Shown: positions 1 through 9,800, counted from the first letter of the stretch. The stretch: DNA of 64,000 bases from Gammaproteobacteria bacterium (GCA_965277405.1 OZ255726.1:992001-1056000), one strand, 5' to 3'. Numbers and translations: made by a program. Notes: generated by a model not told the origin, from the sequence alone.

Positions 1-45
1 TGGGAACGCACAGACAAAATTGCTGCGATCCAATCTCAATTATAG
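1..45 (+). CDS. metK: 3' end of S-adenosylmethionine synthetase (partial, runs in from left edge)
   Basis: Frame 1 reads [14 protein letters not shown], matching the MetK C-terminal WE(R/K)TD motif; metK-ahcY is a common gene pair. Confidence 0.7.
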   Translation, partial: WERTDKIAAIQSQL

Positions 46-62
46 TCCAGCAGATAATAGCC

Positions 63-1379
63 GTGAATAGCCAAGTATTACAAAACGCCGCCTTTACTGA
101 TTACCGCGTCGCCGATATCAGCCTTGCCGAATATGGTCGCAAGGAAATACGCATTGCTGAAACCCAAATGCCTGGGCTGATGGCATTACGCCAAGAATAT
201 GCAGGGATGCGCCCATTACACGGCGCACGCATAGTCGGCTGCTTGCACATGACGATTCAAACAGCTGTATTGATAGAAACACTGATAGACCTTGGCGCGC
301 AAGTGCGTTGGGCATCGTGTAATATATTTTCTACGCAGGATCACGCAGCTGCGGCAATAGCCCAAATAGGTGTTGCCGTGTTCGCATGGAAAGGTGAGAG
401 CGAAGATGAGTATTGGTGGTGTATTGAAAAGGCGGTATGCGGTCAAAGCGAGTGGCAGCCAAATTTACTCCTTGACGATGGCGGTGATCTAACCGCGCAT
501 GTTCATCAACAACACCCAACATTATTAGCTGCTATCCGCGGCGTATCAGAAGAAACAACAACTGGGGTCAAACAACTCGAACGTCTGGTAAAAAACGGCT
601 CGTTACAAATACCAGCAATAAATGTCAACGGCTCGGTTACCAAGTCGAAATTTGATAATTTATACGGCTGCCGTGAGTCTTTGATCGATGGCATCAAACG
701 CGCAACTGATGTTATGATTGCAGGAAAAATTGCCGTGGTCTGCGGGTATGGCGACGTTGGCAAAGGCTGCGCCCAATCGCTACGTGCGCTTGGCGCAACA
801 GTTTATATTACAGAAATTGATCCAATTTGCGCATTGCAAGCTGCTATGGAAGGTTATCGCGTCGTGCTGTTAGCCGCTGTAGTTGCTGATGCAGATATTT
901 TTGTTACCGCCACAGGCAATGACGGCATTATCAGCCACGACGATGTGCTGCAAATGAAGGACCAGGCAATCGTTGGCAACATCGGTCATTTTGATGCTGA
1001 AATTGATGTCGCGCAACTGCGCCAATACCCTTGGGATTCAATTAAACCACAGGTTGACCAAATCATCTTGCCAAATGGTAAACGCATCACCTTACTTGCT
1101 GAAGGTCGCTTGCTCAATCTTGCCTGTGCAACTGGGCATCCAAGTTTTGTTATGTCAAACTCGTTTACCAACCAAGTATTAGCTCAAATTGAGCTGTGGC
1201 AACATCCGCATCAGTATGAAAATAAAGTCTATGTTTTGCCAAAATTGCTTGATGAAAAAGTAGCACGGCTACACTTAGATAGAATTGGTGCAAAGCTCAC
1301 GGTACTCACGCCAGCTCAAGCAAAATACCTCGACGTCGCTGTTGACGGTCCGTACAAACCTGACCACTATCGCTACTAA
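63..1379 (+). CDS. ahcY: Adenosylhomocysteinase (SAH hydrolase)
   Basis: [50 protein letters not shown] motifs; C-terminal [10 protein letters not shown]. Confidence 0.98.
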   Translation: MNSQVLQNAAFTDYRVADISLAEYGRKEIRIAETQMPGLMALRQEYAGMRPLHGARIVGCLHMTIQTAVLIETLIDLGAQVRWASCNIFSTQDHAAAAIAQIGVAVFAWKGESEDEYWWCIEKAVCGQSEWQPNLLLDDGGDLTAHVHQQHPTLLAAIRGVSEETTTGVKQLERLVKNGSLQIPAINVNGSVTKSKFDNLYGCRESLIDGIKRATDVMIAGKIAVVCGYGDVGKGCAQSLRALGATVYITEIDPICALQAAMEGYRVVLLAAVVADADIFVTATGNDGIISHDDVLQMKDQAIVGNIGHFDAEIDVAQLRQYPWDSIKPQVDQIILPNGKRITLLAEGRLLNLACATGHPSFVMSNSFTNQVLAQIELWQHPHQYENKVYVLPKLLDEKVARLHLDRIGAKLTVLTPAQAKYLDVAVDGPYKPDHYRY

Positions 1380-1380
1380 C

Positions 1381-1500
1381 AACCTCTAATTAAGTCGCTG
1401 GTGATTACCAGGCGGATTAGCACCGCAAATCGCGCAGCGTATACGTTAACGGACGAACACAGCAACCACACCAATTTCCGCAAACCATTAAATATTTAAC
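1381..1500 (+). repeat. Degenerate, internally deleted copy of the IS5-type MITE
   Basis: aacctctaattaagtcgctggtgatt ... cgcagcgtatacgttaacggacgaacacagcaa ... gcaaaccattaaatatttaa aligns colinearly with the 4497-4782 element. Confidence 0.7.
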
Positions 1501-1513
1501 CTAAGTTCCTATC

Positions 1514-2044
1514 ATGGCATTTAGTAAAGCAATCCTTGCACAAACAATTCGTACTGTTCCTAACTTCCCAAAACCTGGCATACTGTTTCGCGATATCGCC
1601 CCAATTTTTTTGCATGCTGATGTATTTGCAATGGTAGTAGACGAACTCTGCGCACGCATACACCCAAGCGTAGATGTTATTGCTACCATTGACGCGAGAG
1701 GGTTTTTATGTAGCTCGGCTGTGGCGTATGCTTTGAGAAAACCATTGGCGATTATCCGCAAACAAGGCAAGTTACCAGGGGAGACCATCAGCACGAGCTA
1801 CGCGCTAGAATACGGGACGAATACCCTGGAAATTCAACGTGGTGCCATTTCCACAGGAACTAAGACGGTCGTCATGGATGACTTGATAGCCACTGGGGGC
1901 ACGTTGCTTGCAGCGATTCATCTGATTCAAAGCTGCGGCGGAATTCCAACCCATGTCTTAGCGATGATTGACTTGCCCGCACTCGGTGGCAGCACCACTA
2001 TTGCCAGCAAGCATATCAATGTTGACGCGCTGCTAAGCTATTAG
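1514..2044 (+). CDS. apt: Adenine phosphoribosyltransferase
   Basis: PNFPKPGILFRDI, DARGF, IRKQGKLPG, YALEYG, and the PRPP motif VMDDLIATGGT. Confidence 0.96.
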   Translation: MAFSKAILAQTIRTVPNFPKPGILFRDIAPIFLHADVFAMVVDELCARIHPSVDVIATIDARGFLCSSAVAYALRKPLAIIRKQGKLPGETISTSYALEYGTNTLEIQRGAISTGTKTVVMDDLIATGGTLLAAIHLIQSCGGIPTHVLAMIDLPALGGSTTIASKHINVDALLSY

Positions 2045-2056
2045 CGAGTTAATCAG
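2041..2056 (-). repeat. Isolated MITE end in inverted orientation, overlapping the apt stop codon
   Basis: ttagcgagttaatcag is the reverse complement of ctgattaactcgctaa; compare ctggttaactcgctaa (4261) and ctgattaactcgctga (8719). Confidence 0.5.
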
Positions 2057-2193
2057 CGCGACAACATTTTCGTGCTGCCCAGATGTTGCAGTATTATTGC
2101 GGATTATTCTACTCGTAAACAGGGTGCACTAGACTTATAGATATAGCTGCTTTGGCTATGGCATATTACGTTGGAACGCTGCGCGCGGCGTTG

Positions 2194-4089
2194 CTACTGT
2201 AACTGCTCACTTATTTTAAGCCATTGTGCTTCGTGCGCGTTAATGAGTTTTTTCGTAGCTCCTTGTTGGTTGAGGACTGTATGCAGTTGCTCTTTTTGCG
2301 CGGCTGCGTATAACCGGCTATCTGCCAATTGCTCAGTATAGATTGCCAGTTTTTTTTCAAGTTGACTAATTTGTTTTTCAAGTATGCCGCGTTGTTTGCG
2401 CCTTGCTGCTGAGTGGTTGCGTTGTTGCGCTGCGGCTTGGCGTTGTTGTTTTTTGTTTTTATGCGTAGCTGTTGCTGCGCGTTGTGTCGCAGCAGCTGGT
2501 GTTGCAGCTGCCGTGATTTGATTGTGTTGAAATGCAATTTTTTGGTAGTCAGATAAATCACCAGTAAAGTCGGTAACATCACCATTGGCTACCAGCCAAA
2601 AATAATCAACACTGTGGCGGAGCAAATATCGGTCGTGCGATACCAACAACACCGCCCCAGCAAACGACTGCATCGCCATCAATAATGCGTCACGCATGTC
2701 CATATCCAAGTGGTTGGCTGGCTCATCTAGAATGAGCAGGTTCGGCTTTTGCCAGGCAATCAATGCCAACGCCAGCCTGGCTTTTTCACCGCCAGAAAAA
2801 TGGTGAATCGAGCTGGCTGTAGCCTCTTCTCTAAAATTAAACGAACCGAGGAAATTGCGAATTAATTGCTCGGTGGCCTTTGGTTGTAGTTTTTGCAGTT
2901 GCATAACTGGGCTGGTATCAAGTGCCAACGCTTCCACTTGATGTTGGGCAAAATAACCTATTTTCAGATGCTCGCCGATTTCAGCCTTGCCAGATAAAAT
3001 ATGCAACTCGCCTGCAAGTGTTTTCAGCAAAGTTGATTTACCCGCACCATTCACACCTAACACCCCAATTCTGTCTCCACTGCGAATACTGATATCGATG
3101 TTTTGTAATATAGGAGTTTCACCATAACCAAGGTTAGCTTGGCGTAAATTCAGCAATGGATCTGATGTTTTTTCTGAGGAATGGAGTCGAAATGTAAACG
3201 GACTTTCGGCACGCACTGCAGCCATGACTTCTAGTCTACCAAGGGCTTTCAAACGGCTTTGTGCTTGTTTAGCTTTGCTGGCTTTGGCACGAAAGCGGCG
3301 CACAAAATCTTGCATATGGGCAATTTCAATTTGTTGCTTTTGTTGCATGCTGTGTTGCTGAGCAAGTCTCTCGATGCGTTGGCGTTGCGCTTGTTCATAA
3401 TTGCCAGAATACAATTGTAGTTTTTGGCGTTCAAACCATAAGATTTTTTTGCTAATTGAATCTAAAAAATCTCTATCGTGCGAAATGAGCAACAACGTTC
3501 CAGCATATTCTTTGAGCCAGCGTTCTAGCCATTCAATTGCATCAATGTCTAAATGGTTTGTTGGTTCATCAAGCAGCAGGCAGTCTGCTGGTTGCATTAG
3601 CACTTTGGCTAAATTTAGGCGAATCTGCCAACCACCAGAAAACGAACTCACTACATTGTGGTGGGATGTGACTGCAAAACCAAGACCGCTGAGCAAGCGC
3701 TGTGCTCGCGACTGCGCCGTCCATGCATCACAGCTATCTAGCTCGCTATAACATTTGGTTATTGTGCCGGTGTCGTTGTTGTGCTCAGCTGCTGCTAATT
3801 TTCCAAGCCAATGGCTACGGACATTGTCACCACTCAGTACATATTCGAGCGCACTGCTTTGCCGTTGCACTATTTCTTGTTCCATAATGCCGATTTTCCA
3901 TTTATTCGGCCAGGTGATGCTGCCAGTACTGGTTGTCAACCCACCGTTAAAAACTCGAAACAAACTTGATTTACCGCAGCCGTTTCTACCAACTACGCCA
4001 ACTTTATCGCCAGGATAAATGTTGAGATCTGCCTCATCAAACAATAATTTTGTTGCTTGAAATAAACAAGCATTGTCAAAACGGATCAT
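2194..4089 (-). CDS. ABC-F family ATPase (YheS-like)
   Basis: Two ABC domains (GRNGCGKS, FSGGWQIR, LLLDEPTNHLD; GVNGAGKS, FSGGEKARL), an FRAKASKAKQAQSR linker, no TM segments and a C-terminal coiled coil; start moved to MIRFDN. Confidence 0.93.
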   Translation of the reverse strand: MIRFDNACLFQATKLLFDEADLNIYPGDKVGVVGRNGCGKSSLFRVFNGGLTTSTGSITWPNKWKIGIMEQEIVQRQSSALEYVLSGDNVRSHWLGKLAAAEHNNDTGTITKCYSELDSCDAWTAQSRAQRLLSGLGFAVTSHHNVVSSFSGGWQIRLNLAKVLMQPADCLLLDEPTNHLDIDAIEWLERWLKEYAGTLLLISHDRDFLDSISKKILWFERQKLQLYSGNYEQAQRQRIERLAQQHSMQQKQQIEIAHMQDFVRRFRAKASKAKQAQSRLKALGRLEVMAAVRAESPFTFRLHSSEKTSDPLLNLRQANLGYGETPILQNIDISIRSGDRIGVLGVNGAGKSTLLKTLAGELHILSGKAEIGEHLKIGYFAQHQVEALALDTSPVMQLQKLQPKATEQLIRNFLGSFNFREEATASSIHHFSGGEKARLALALIAWQKPNLLILDEPANHLDMDMRDALLMAMQSFAGAVLLVSHDRYLLRHSVDYFWLVANGDVTDFTGDLSDYQKIAFQHNQITAAATPAAATQRAATATHKNKKQQRQAAAQQRNHSAARRKQRGILEKQISQLEKKLAIYTEQLADSRLYAAAQKEQLHTVLNQQGATKKLINAHEAQWLKISEQLQ

Positions 4090-4253
4090 AAGCTTAGTGG
4101 AGTAATAGTTGCGGAGCAGCATCATAGCGGGCTAGCAACTGTCGTGCGCAGTATTCACCCACAATTACTGAAATCTGATAGCTAACATATGCTGCAAAAC
4201 AGCGGCGCGGTCATTGCGGTTTTGCAATATAGTTGTCTGGTGTTTTTACTTAG

Positions 4254-4782
4254 GGAAGCTCTGGTTAACTCGCTAATGGCGCGAGTTTGCCTGCAATTGC
4301 TGATGACTGCAAGGCGCAAACCGCTGAGCGCATCCCGTAGCATATACGCCAAGGGATGCAACACAGCAAGCGTAAGCAATTGCAACAACCCATTTATACT
4401 TCAACAGAAACACGGGAAAAAAGCGCTACTAACGTCGTTGCAGCACTTGGCAACACCCACAAGTCCCCACCAGTATTATCTGCGCACCGCGCTTAAGGAA
4501 TCTCTGATTAAGTCGCTGATGAAGCGAGTTTGCCTGCAATTGCTGATGATTGCAAGGCGCAAACCGCTGAGCGCATCCCGTAGCATATACGCCAAGGGAT
4601 GCAACACAGCAAGTACCGCTTGTAGGCAAACCATCATATATTCAATAGAAGGCTGGGAAAAAACGCTGCGCTAACGTCGTTGTAGCACTTGATAATACCA
4701 CCAGTATTATCTGCGCACTGCGTCTAGTTATCATCAGCGTTTTTTCTCTGGCTCGCCCATCATGGACTTAATCAGAGCTTCC
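4254..4782 (+). mobile_element. Tandem dimer of a non-autonomous MITE (copy 1 4254-4492 lacks its right end; copy 2 4497-4782 is complete)
   Basis: About 240-bp direct repeat; terminal inverted repeats GGAAGCTCTGGTTAA / TTAATCAGAGCTTCC flanked by TTAG, TTAA and CTAA (YTAR); internal hairpins GCATCCC..GGGATGC and GAAAAAACGCTG..CAGCGTTTTTTC. Confidence 0.85.
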
Positions 4783-5052
4783 CTAATTGCGCCAGATCGA
4801 AATCGACATCTTCCAGGCGACATCTACAAGGTGACATTTCAAATATCTTACAATTACGATGGTTGCGTAGCAGCTGTTAGTTGGGAAGGAGCATTACGCC
4901 AGTCGCTAGCAGTTTATCCGAAAATTGGAATTGTTGATGTCGTGGTTAATGTTTGCTTGAGGTATGGCGTTGCGGACGAATATAGTGGCAGTGTGGGGCT
5001 TATGTTAAGGTAGACTATACTGTGGATATTATTTACCAAGTGAGGTTACAAA

Positions 5053-6066
5053 ATGCTTGCGAACTCTAGATCGAGTACAATCGTTATCTTTTTCGCAGCA
5101 ATTTTAGCCACGTTTTCCATGGCTTGGACTGTTACGGCCAATGCCGCTGGTTTCAGGGTTGTGTTGCATGATGGTGTTGAAATCGGTGTCTGGTATCCAA
5201 GTGACACAGCGACAATATCCCAAAGTCTCGGCCCATTCGCAGTCGATGTTGCGCAAGATGCACCGATCAGCACAGGCACTTATCAGGTTATCCTGTTTTC
5301 CCACGGGCGCGGCGGACGCTATCGAAATCATTACCTGACATCGCAAACCCTCGCAGACGCTGGGTTCATCGTTGCGGCCCCACAGCACGAGGCCGATTAT
5401 TTGGTCGGCGGGAGCAAGACCGCCAGTGCGCTTAATCACCGCTATCTCGAACTTGATGCAGCGTTAAGTGCTGTTTTGGCGGAAGCGGATTTTGCCGATC
5501 ATGTGAATCGTGATGCAATTCACGGGGTCGGGTATTCACTCGGAGGGGCAACAATTCTCCTAGCTGCTGGTGCCGAATATTCGACCAAGCGTGTGGATCA
5601 ACATTGCCAACTAAACATGGACGCTGATGTCGAGTTTTGTGAGGACCCAGGACGGGTCTATCGGGCCATTCAGTCATTCCATCATGATGTTTCACTGCCG
5701 CAAACAACCGATCCATTCCGCAATAAGCCCTTGATTCATGGTCAAATAGTACTTATCGCACCAGTCTTTCAGGGTTTTGGAGTAAAAAAATTGTCGGCAA
5801 CTAGCCTGACTGTTTTCGCAATTGCAGGCGATAGGATCGCACAACCAAAATTTCATGCATACCCACTAATCCGTGCTGTCTCCCCTGATTTACCTACTGA
5901 TCTGCAAATGATTGCTGGACATCACTTTGCCTTTATTGCGCCGTTTCCCAAATGGCTGACAGATATGGAAAATATTCCCGTTGCGGTCGACCCTGAAGGG
6001 TTTGATCGAAAGTCTTTTTTAACTGATCTGAACGCTCGCATCCTAGCGGTTTTCCTTGCCCAATAG
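5053..6066 (+). CDS. Exported alpha/beta hydrolase (dienelactone-hydrolase-like)
   Basis: Signal peptide ending ANA; VWYP, ILFSHGRGG, nucleophile elbow GYSLG, and GHHFAFIAP (catalytic His region). Confidence 0.85.
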   Translation: MLANSRSSTIVIFFAAILATFSMAWTVTANAAGFRVVLHDGVEIGVWYPSDTATISQSLGPFAVDVAQDAPISTGTYQVILFSHGRGGRYRNHYLTSQTLADAGFIVAAPQHEADYLVGGSKTASALNHRYLELDAALSAVLAEADFADHVNRDAIHGVGYSLGGATILLAAGAEYSTKRVDQHCQLNMDADVEFCEDPGRVYRAIQSFHHDVSLPQTTDPFRNKPLIHGQIVLIAPVFQGFGVKKLSATSLTVFAIAGDRIAQPKFHAYPLIRAVSPDLPTDLQMIAGHHFAFIAPFPKWLTDMENIPVAVDPEGFDRKSFLTDLNARILAVFLAQ

Positions 6067-6170
6067 GTTATGTTCTTCAACGTGCGCAAAATCTTTAGTT
6101 TTGACTGTTAAATATGGGCATCAACAGATTACACGTTCACATATGGAAATAAATTTGCCCGACAGCGACG

Positions 6171-6220
6171 TACTGACACTATACTGACAGATAGTGACAG
6201 ATAGTGACTATTTTGACAAT
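6171..6220. repeat. Five phased TGAC direct repeats (~10-bp period) upstream of bioY
   Basis: tactgacact atactgacag atagtgacag atagtgacta ttttgacaat; TGAC at 6174, 6185, 6195, 6205 and 6214. Confidence 0.7.
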
Positions 6221-6294
6221 ACAGATAAGCCAGCGGTTAAGATAAGCAATCATAGCTTGCACATTTTGACGCGCGCAACAAAAGGAATTTTATA

Positions 6295-6849
6295 ATGGAT
6301 ACAAGAGATATCGTATTAATCGCCCTATTCGCTGCAATTGTAGCCGTTTTGGGTGTTTTCCCCCCGCTAACACTGCCCGTAGTTGCTGTGCCTATTACGG
6401 CACAATCGTTAGGTGTAATGCTTGCAGGCGGGATTTTAGGCGCTAGGCGTGGTGCCTTGGCACTTGTCCTGTTCCTCACATTAGTCGCTATAGGTTTGCC
6501 GTTGCTTCCTGGCGGTCGTGGCGGGTTTGCAGTATTTGCAGGACCAAGCGGCGGGTTTCTAGTTGGTTGGATATTTGCTGCATATGCAATTGGCTATATG
6601 ATCGAACGTGTTTGGGAGAAATTGAATTATGCATATGCTTTTTTTGCCTGTGTCGCCGGCGGTATTGTCTTGCTCTACGTTATAGGTATTGCCTGGGTTG
6701 CCGTGGTCGCAAACATCCCACTCGAGAAGGCGTTGTTGGGTTCACTTGCGTTCATCCCAGGCGGTCTGATTAAAGCAGTGCTTGCTGCGGTAGTGATTGT
6801 CACCGTTGCCAAATCCTACCCTATAATCAAAGGCAAGAAGACCGCATAG
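6295..6849 (+). CDS. bioY: Biotin transporter S component BioY
   Basis: VPITAQSLGVMLAGGILG, IGLPLLPGGRGG and GPSGGFL motifs; hydrophobic, 184 aa. Confidence 0.95.
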   Translation: MDTRDIVLIALFAAIVAVLGVFPPLTLPVVAVPITAQSLGVMLAGGILGARRGALALVLFLTLVAIGLPLLPGGRGGFAVFAGPSGGFLVGWIFAAYAIGYMIERVWEKLNYAYAFFACVAGGIVLLYVIGIAWVAVVANIPLEKALLGSLAFIPGGLIKAVLAAVVIVTVAKSYPIIKGKKTA

Positions 6850-6987
6850 ATTGAATACTGGGGCATGCGGATGAAAGTTCTGGCTTGGTGACGAAAAAAT
6901 TTTAACTGGCAGCAATAATTGCAATGAGGATGGCGCAGATATCAGCGTGTTGAGTCCGCTGCTGCGGCATTCGCGGAGGTGTAAGCT

Positions 6988-7662
6988 GTGATTTTCATGA
7001 ATAATATCAGCGTGATAAAGGGTGACAGCACGATATTAAGCGATATATCGCTCACTCTTAGTGAAAAACGCATCGGCATTATTGGCGACAACGGGTCTGG
7101 AAAGAGCACGTTTGCAAAACTGCTAAATGGTTTGCAGCCGTGTTCCACGGGGCATATTGGCTGCGGTGATACCTCCTCTGTTGCAGATAAACAAATGAGG
7201 AGTTTTGTCGGTTTCGTATTTCAAAACCCTGATAATCAAATCGTTTATCCGCTCGTCGAGGAAGATATTGCTTTTGGCCTGAAAAAATCAGGGCTGACGA
7301 AAACCGAAGTCGGCGCACGTGTTGACGAATATCTGGTGAAGTTCAGCCTTACCCATCTCAGGGGCAGGTTCACTCACGAATTGAGCGGTGGCGAAAAGCA
7401 ACTGATTGCCTTGGTCGGCGTGCTGATCATGAACCCTAAATACATCGTGCTCGATGAGCCAACAACACTCTTGGACCTGCGCAATCGTGCTATGTTGCTA
7501 AAGATCCTGAGCGAGCTGGAGCAATCTCTGCTGATCGTAAGTCACGATTTAGAATGGATGATGAAGATGGAGCGTGTTATTTTGATCCACTATGGGCAAA
7601 TCCATCTAGACGGTCATCCTGAGTCTGTTATACCTCAATATAAAAGGCTCTCAGAATGCTGA
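6988..7662 (+). CDS. bioM: ECF transporter ATPase (BioM)
   Basis: GDNGSGKST, VFQNPDNQI, VEEDIAFG, LSGGEKQ, LDEPTTLLD; adjacent to bioY. Confidence 0.88.
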   Translation: MIFMNNISVIKGDSTILSDISLTLSEKRIGIIGDNGSGKSTFAKLLNGLQPCSTGHIGCGDTSSVADKQMRSFVGFVFQNPDNQIVYPLVEEDIAFGLKKSGLTKTEVGARVDEYLVKFSLTHLRGRFTHELSGGEKQLIALVGVLIMNPKYIVLDEPTTLLDLRNRAMLLKILSELEQSLLIVSHDLEWMMKMERVILIHYGQIHLDGHPESVIPQYKRLSEC

Positions 7663-8297
7663 CCGACCTGTATTGCGACACCAATACCATCTTGCATCGG
7701 GCAACTCCAAGCGTGAAAATCCTCACTCTGTTTGTGGTGTGCACATTGCTCTTTCTATTTGGAACTTGGTGGTTTCTTGCCGGATTATGCTGCTTAATTT
7801 TGCTTGGTTACGTGGTCGCAACAATACCTATTAAGGCCATCAAGCAGTCCGTTTCACCAGTCATCTGGCTACTGTTAATCATATTTATTGTGCAGTTGTA
7901 TCTGACTGGGTTGGAGTTGGCGGCATTTGTCGTGTTACGCTTCATCGCCATGATTATGCTGGCTTCATTGCTCACGCTAACGACTAGATCAAGTGAAATA
8001 GTAGCAGGCATTGAATCTGGATTGCGGTTTCTGCCGAATCAAAAGTTGGCCGAACAGATAAGTCTGTCGATTTCGCTGTGCCTAAGGTTTATTCCCAAAG
8101 TTCGTGGCATATTCTCAGAAGTCAGAGCAGCCCAGTCCGCAAGAGGGCTGGCAAACGATTGGCGCGCGTTAACGACACCAACGATCGTGCGTACACTTAA
8201 GTCAGCTACCGAGATAGCTGAGGCAATTACAGCCCGATCACCTGGTGAATTTAGCCCACCAGCCAGAAAAAGCGGGAGCAATGATGGGCATCAATGA
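7656..8297 (+). CDS. bioN: ECF transporter T component (BioN)
   Basis: TM helices, LRFIP, and the two Ala-Arg motifs (AQSARG, AITARS). Confidence 0.88.
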   Translation: MLTDLYCDTNTILHRATPSVKILTLFVVCTLLFLFGTWWFLAGLCCLILLGYVVATIPIKAIKQSVSPVIWLLLIIFIVQLYLTGLELAAFVVLRFIAMIMLASLLTLTTRSSEIVAGIESGLRFLPNQKLAEQISLSISLCLRFIPKVRGIFSEVRAAQSARGLANDWRALTTPTIVRTLKSATEIAEAITARSPGEFSPPARKSGSNDGHQ

Positions 8298-8711
8298 GCG
8301 TCAGCACCCGACATCTAAAGCGCGGAGCTTTCTGTATTGACCCATCCGCGAAGATCAATAGCGCCTATCGAGATACCGATTTACGCGAGTAGATATTGCT
8401 TGTATCCTGCAACATGCCAGCTTGTGCCCAAGTGGCGGCAATATGCAGCCATGGCAAGTTTACGCACTGAACAGGCTGTTAAAAATTTATCATATATAAT
8501 AAGCCTCAACACTTCCAAAATTGATTTGTTAGCGCACAGCAGCTGTTATTAGGGCGGATTTTGGTGGTTTTCCGTGTGCAACTACCACGTTTCCAATTTG
8601 TTGGCGTGGCAATCCGCTGACGTTGCAAATCAGCATGATACAGCACCAAGATTGCGCATACGTACAAAATTATATGCAGCCATGGTAAATACGAACTGAT
8701 AATTCACTTTG

Positions 8712-8860
8712 GGAACCTCTGATTAACTCGCTGATAGAGAGAGTTTGTTGGCAATTGCTGATGATTACACGGCGCGGCTTGCATCCGTATGCAGTAGCAA
8801 CACAGCAAGTACCGCTGCCGCAAACCAAAAGTATATTCAATACAAGGACTGGAAAAAACA
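8712..8860 (+). repeat. Truncated degenerate MITE copy at the left edge of the AT-rich island
   Basis: ggaacctctgattaactcgctgatag..gcaattgctgatgatt..gcaacacagcaagtaccgct..tatattcaata..ctggaaaaaac aligns with 4497-4665. Confidence 0.85.
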
Positions 8861-9020
8861 CTTGATTTCCGCCATACTAGTGAAAATCTGTTCCATAGAT
8901 GACTACTTTATTTATTTGTAATAAGGCTTCATTCTCTTTTCTTAATGGGACTTCCTTTTCTTTTAAAATAAATTATCCTGGTTTTCACATACGCTGTATC
9001 TCATTGTTGTTAATATTTTT

Positions 9021-9620
9021 CTATACTAGCTGTGTAGTTACCCTAAAAAAGTCATCTAGTGTTATAATCTTGCCGTTAGGGCTTTCTTTTAACCATTGCT
9101 TTGCAGTCGTATCACTCGCAAAAAATAAAACGTGATTACAGAATGAGTTTCGTATATCACAGGTATGTATGCTTTTGACCCACGAAACAAATAAAGGAAA
9201 AGGATTAGACGAAATCAATTGATCCACATTCATTTTTAATTCAATGGGTGTGTTATCGATAGGGTCGTTCGAGTAAACATCAGCAGAGACAGCCAACCAT
9301 TCTGTAAATAAAATAGCATCAATTGCACACCAAGTATAAAATGTTTTATTTTCAATAATTACTTTGTGTCTAGTCGGCATTAATGATAATCCTAAAAAAC
9401 CAACAATATTCCCTTCTGCATCGAATTCAGCAACTTTTTCTAACAAATTGCCAGACTTGGCATTTGCAAGGTTTAAAATTGAAAGGCATTTTTCCTTTGT
9501 TATAGGTTTCCCTTTAAGCAGTTCTTTATGAACTTTTATAGTATAATCCCTATTTTCCAATCCTAGTTCTGAAAACTTTAAATCTAATTCTACACTAAAG
9601 TATTGTCTAAAATTTTCCAT
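9021..9620 (-). CDS. merB: Organomercurial lyase (MerB)-like protein
   Basis: GLSLMPTRH, FYTWCAIDA (cf. MerB WCALD) and SFCNHVLFF (cf. SFCCHVHFF). Confidence 0.8.
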   Translation of the reverse strand: MENFRQYFSVELDLKFSELGLENRDYTIKVHKELLKGKPITKEKCLSILNLANAKSGNLLEKVAEFDAEGNIVGFLGLSLMPTRHKVIIENKTFYTWCAIDAILFTEWLAVSADVYSNDPIDNTPIELKMNVDQLISSNPFPLFVSWVKSIHTCDIRNSFCNHVLFFASDTTAKQWLKESPNGKIITLDDFFRVTTQLV

Positions 9621-9621
9621 T

Positions 9622-9800
9622 TTATTCTCTTGAAATAACAGATTCTAATTTCTCATGAAATATTTCTCTACGCGTTTTGCGTTTCTTATGTGTGTATTCT
9701 AACTCTGGAAACGTCATTTGCTGCATATCAATTCTCAAAAACAATAGTTAAAACATTATGACAGTGTTAGTAGGATTTTTGGGGGTTTTTCAGAGATGCC
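9622..9800 (-). mobile_element. IS5-family left end with a truncated transposase N-terminus (9726-9622)
   Basis: Minus strand CTAG|GGCATCTCTGAAAAACCC, then MQQMTFPELEYTHKKRKTRREIFHEKLESVISRE*, a typical IS5 N-terminus (MxQxTF..EY..K.K.TR.E.F). Confidence 0.85.

Noticed and set aside
46-62. SAH riboswitch before ahcY
   Set aside because: Only 17 bp separate the metK stop from the ahcY start
4182-5013. ORFs 4189-4674, 4182-4388, 4429-4629 and 4762-5013 as genes, and the repeat as a CRISPR array
   Set aside because: The first three lie largely within the MITE dimer (the internal peptide repeat mirrors the DNA repeat) and the fourth starts inside its terminus with no recognisable motif. The units are about 240 bp with no repeat-spacer pattern and no cas genes
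6850-6987. Remnant of a thiolase/acyl-CoA ligase between bioY and bioM (..SAAAAFAEV*)
   Set aside because: The similarity is too short to support by eye
7141-7156. parS-like TGTTCCACGGGGCATA
   Set aside because: Three mismatches, not palindromic, inside a coding region far from the origin
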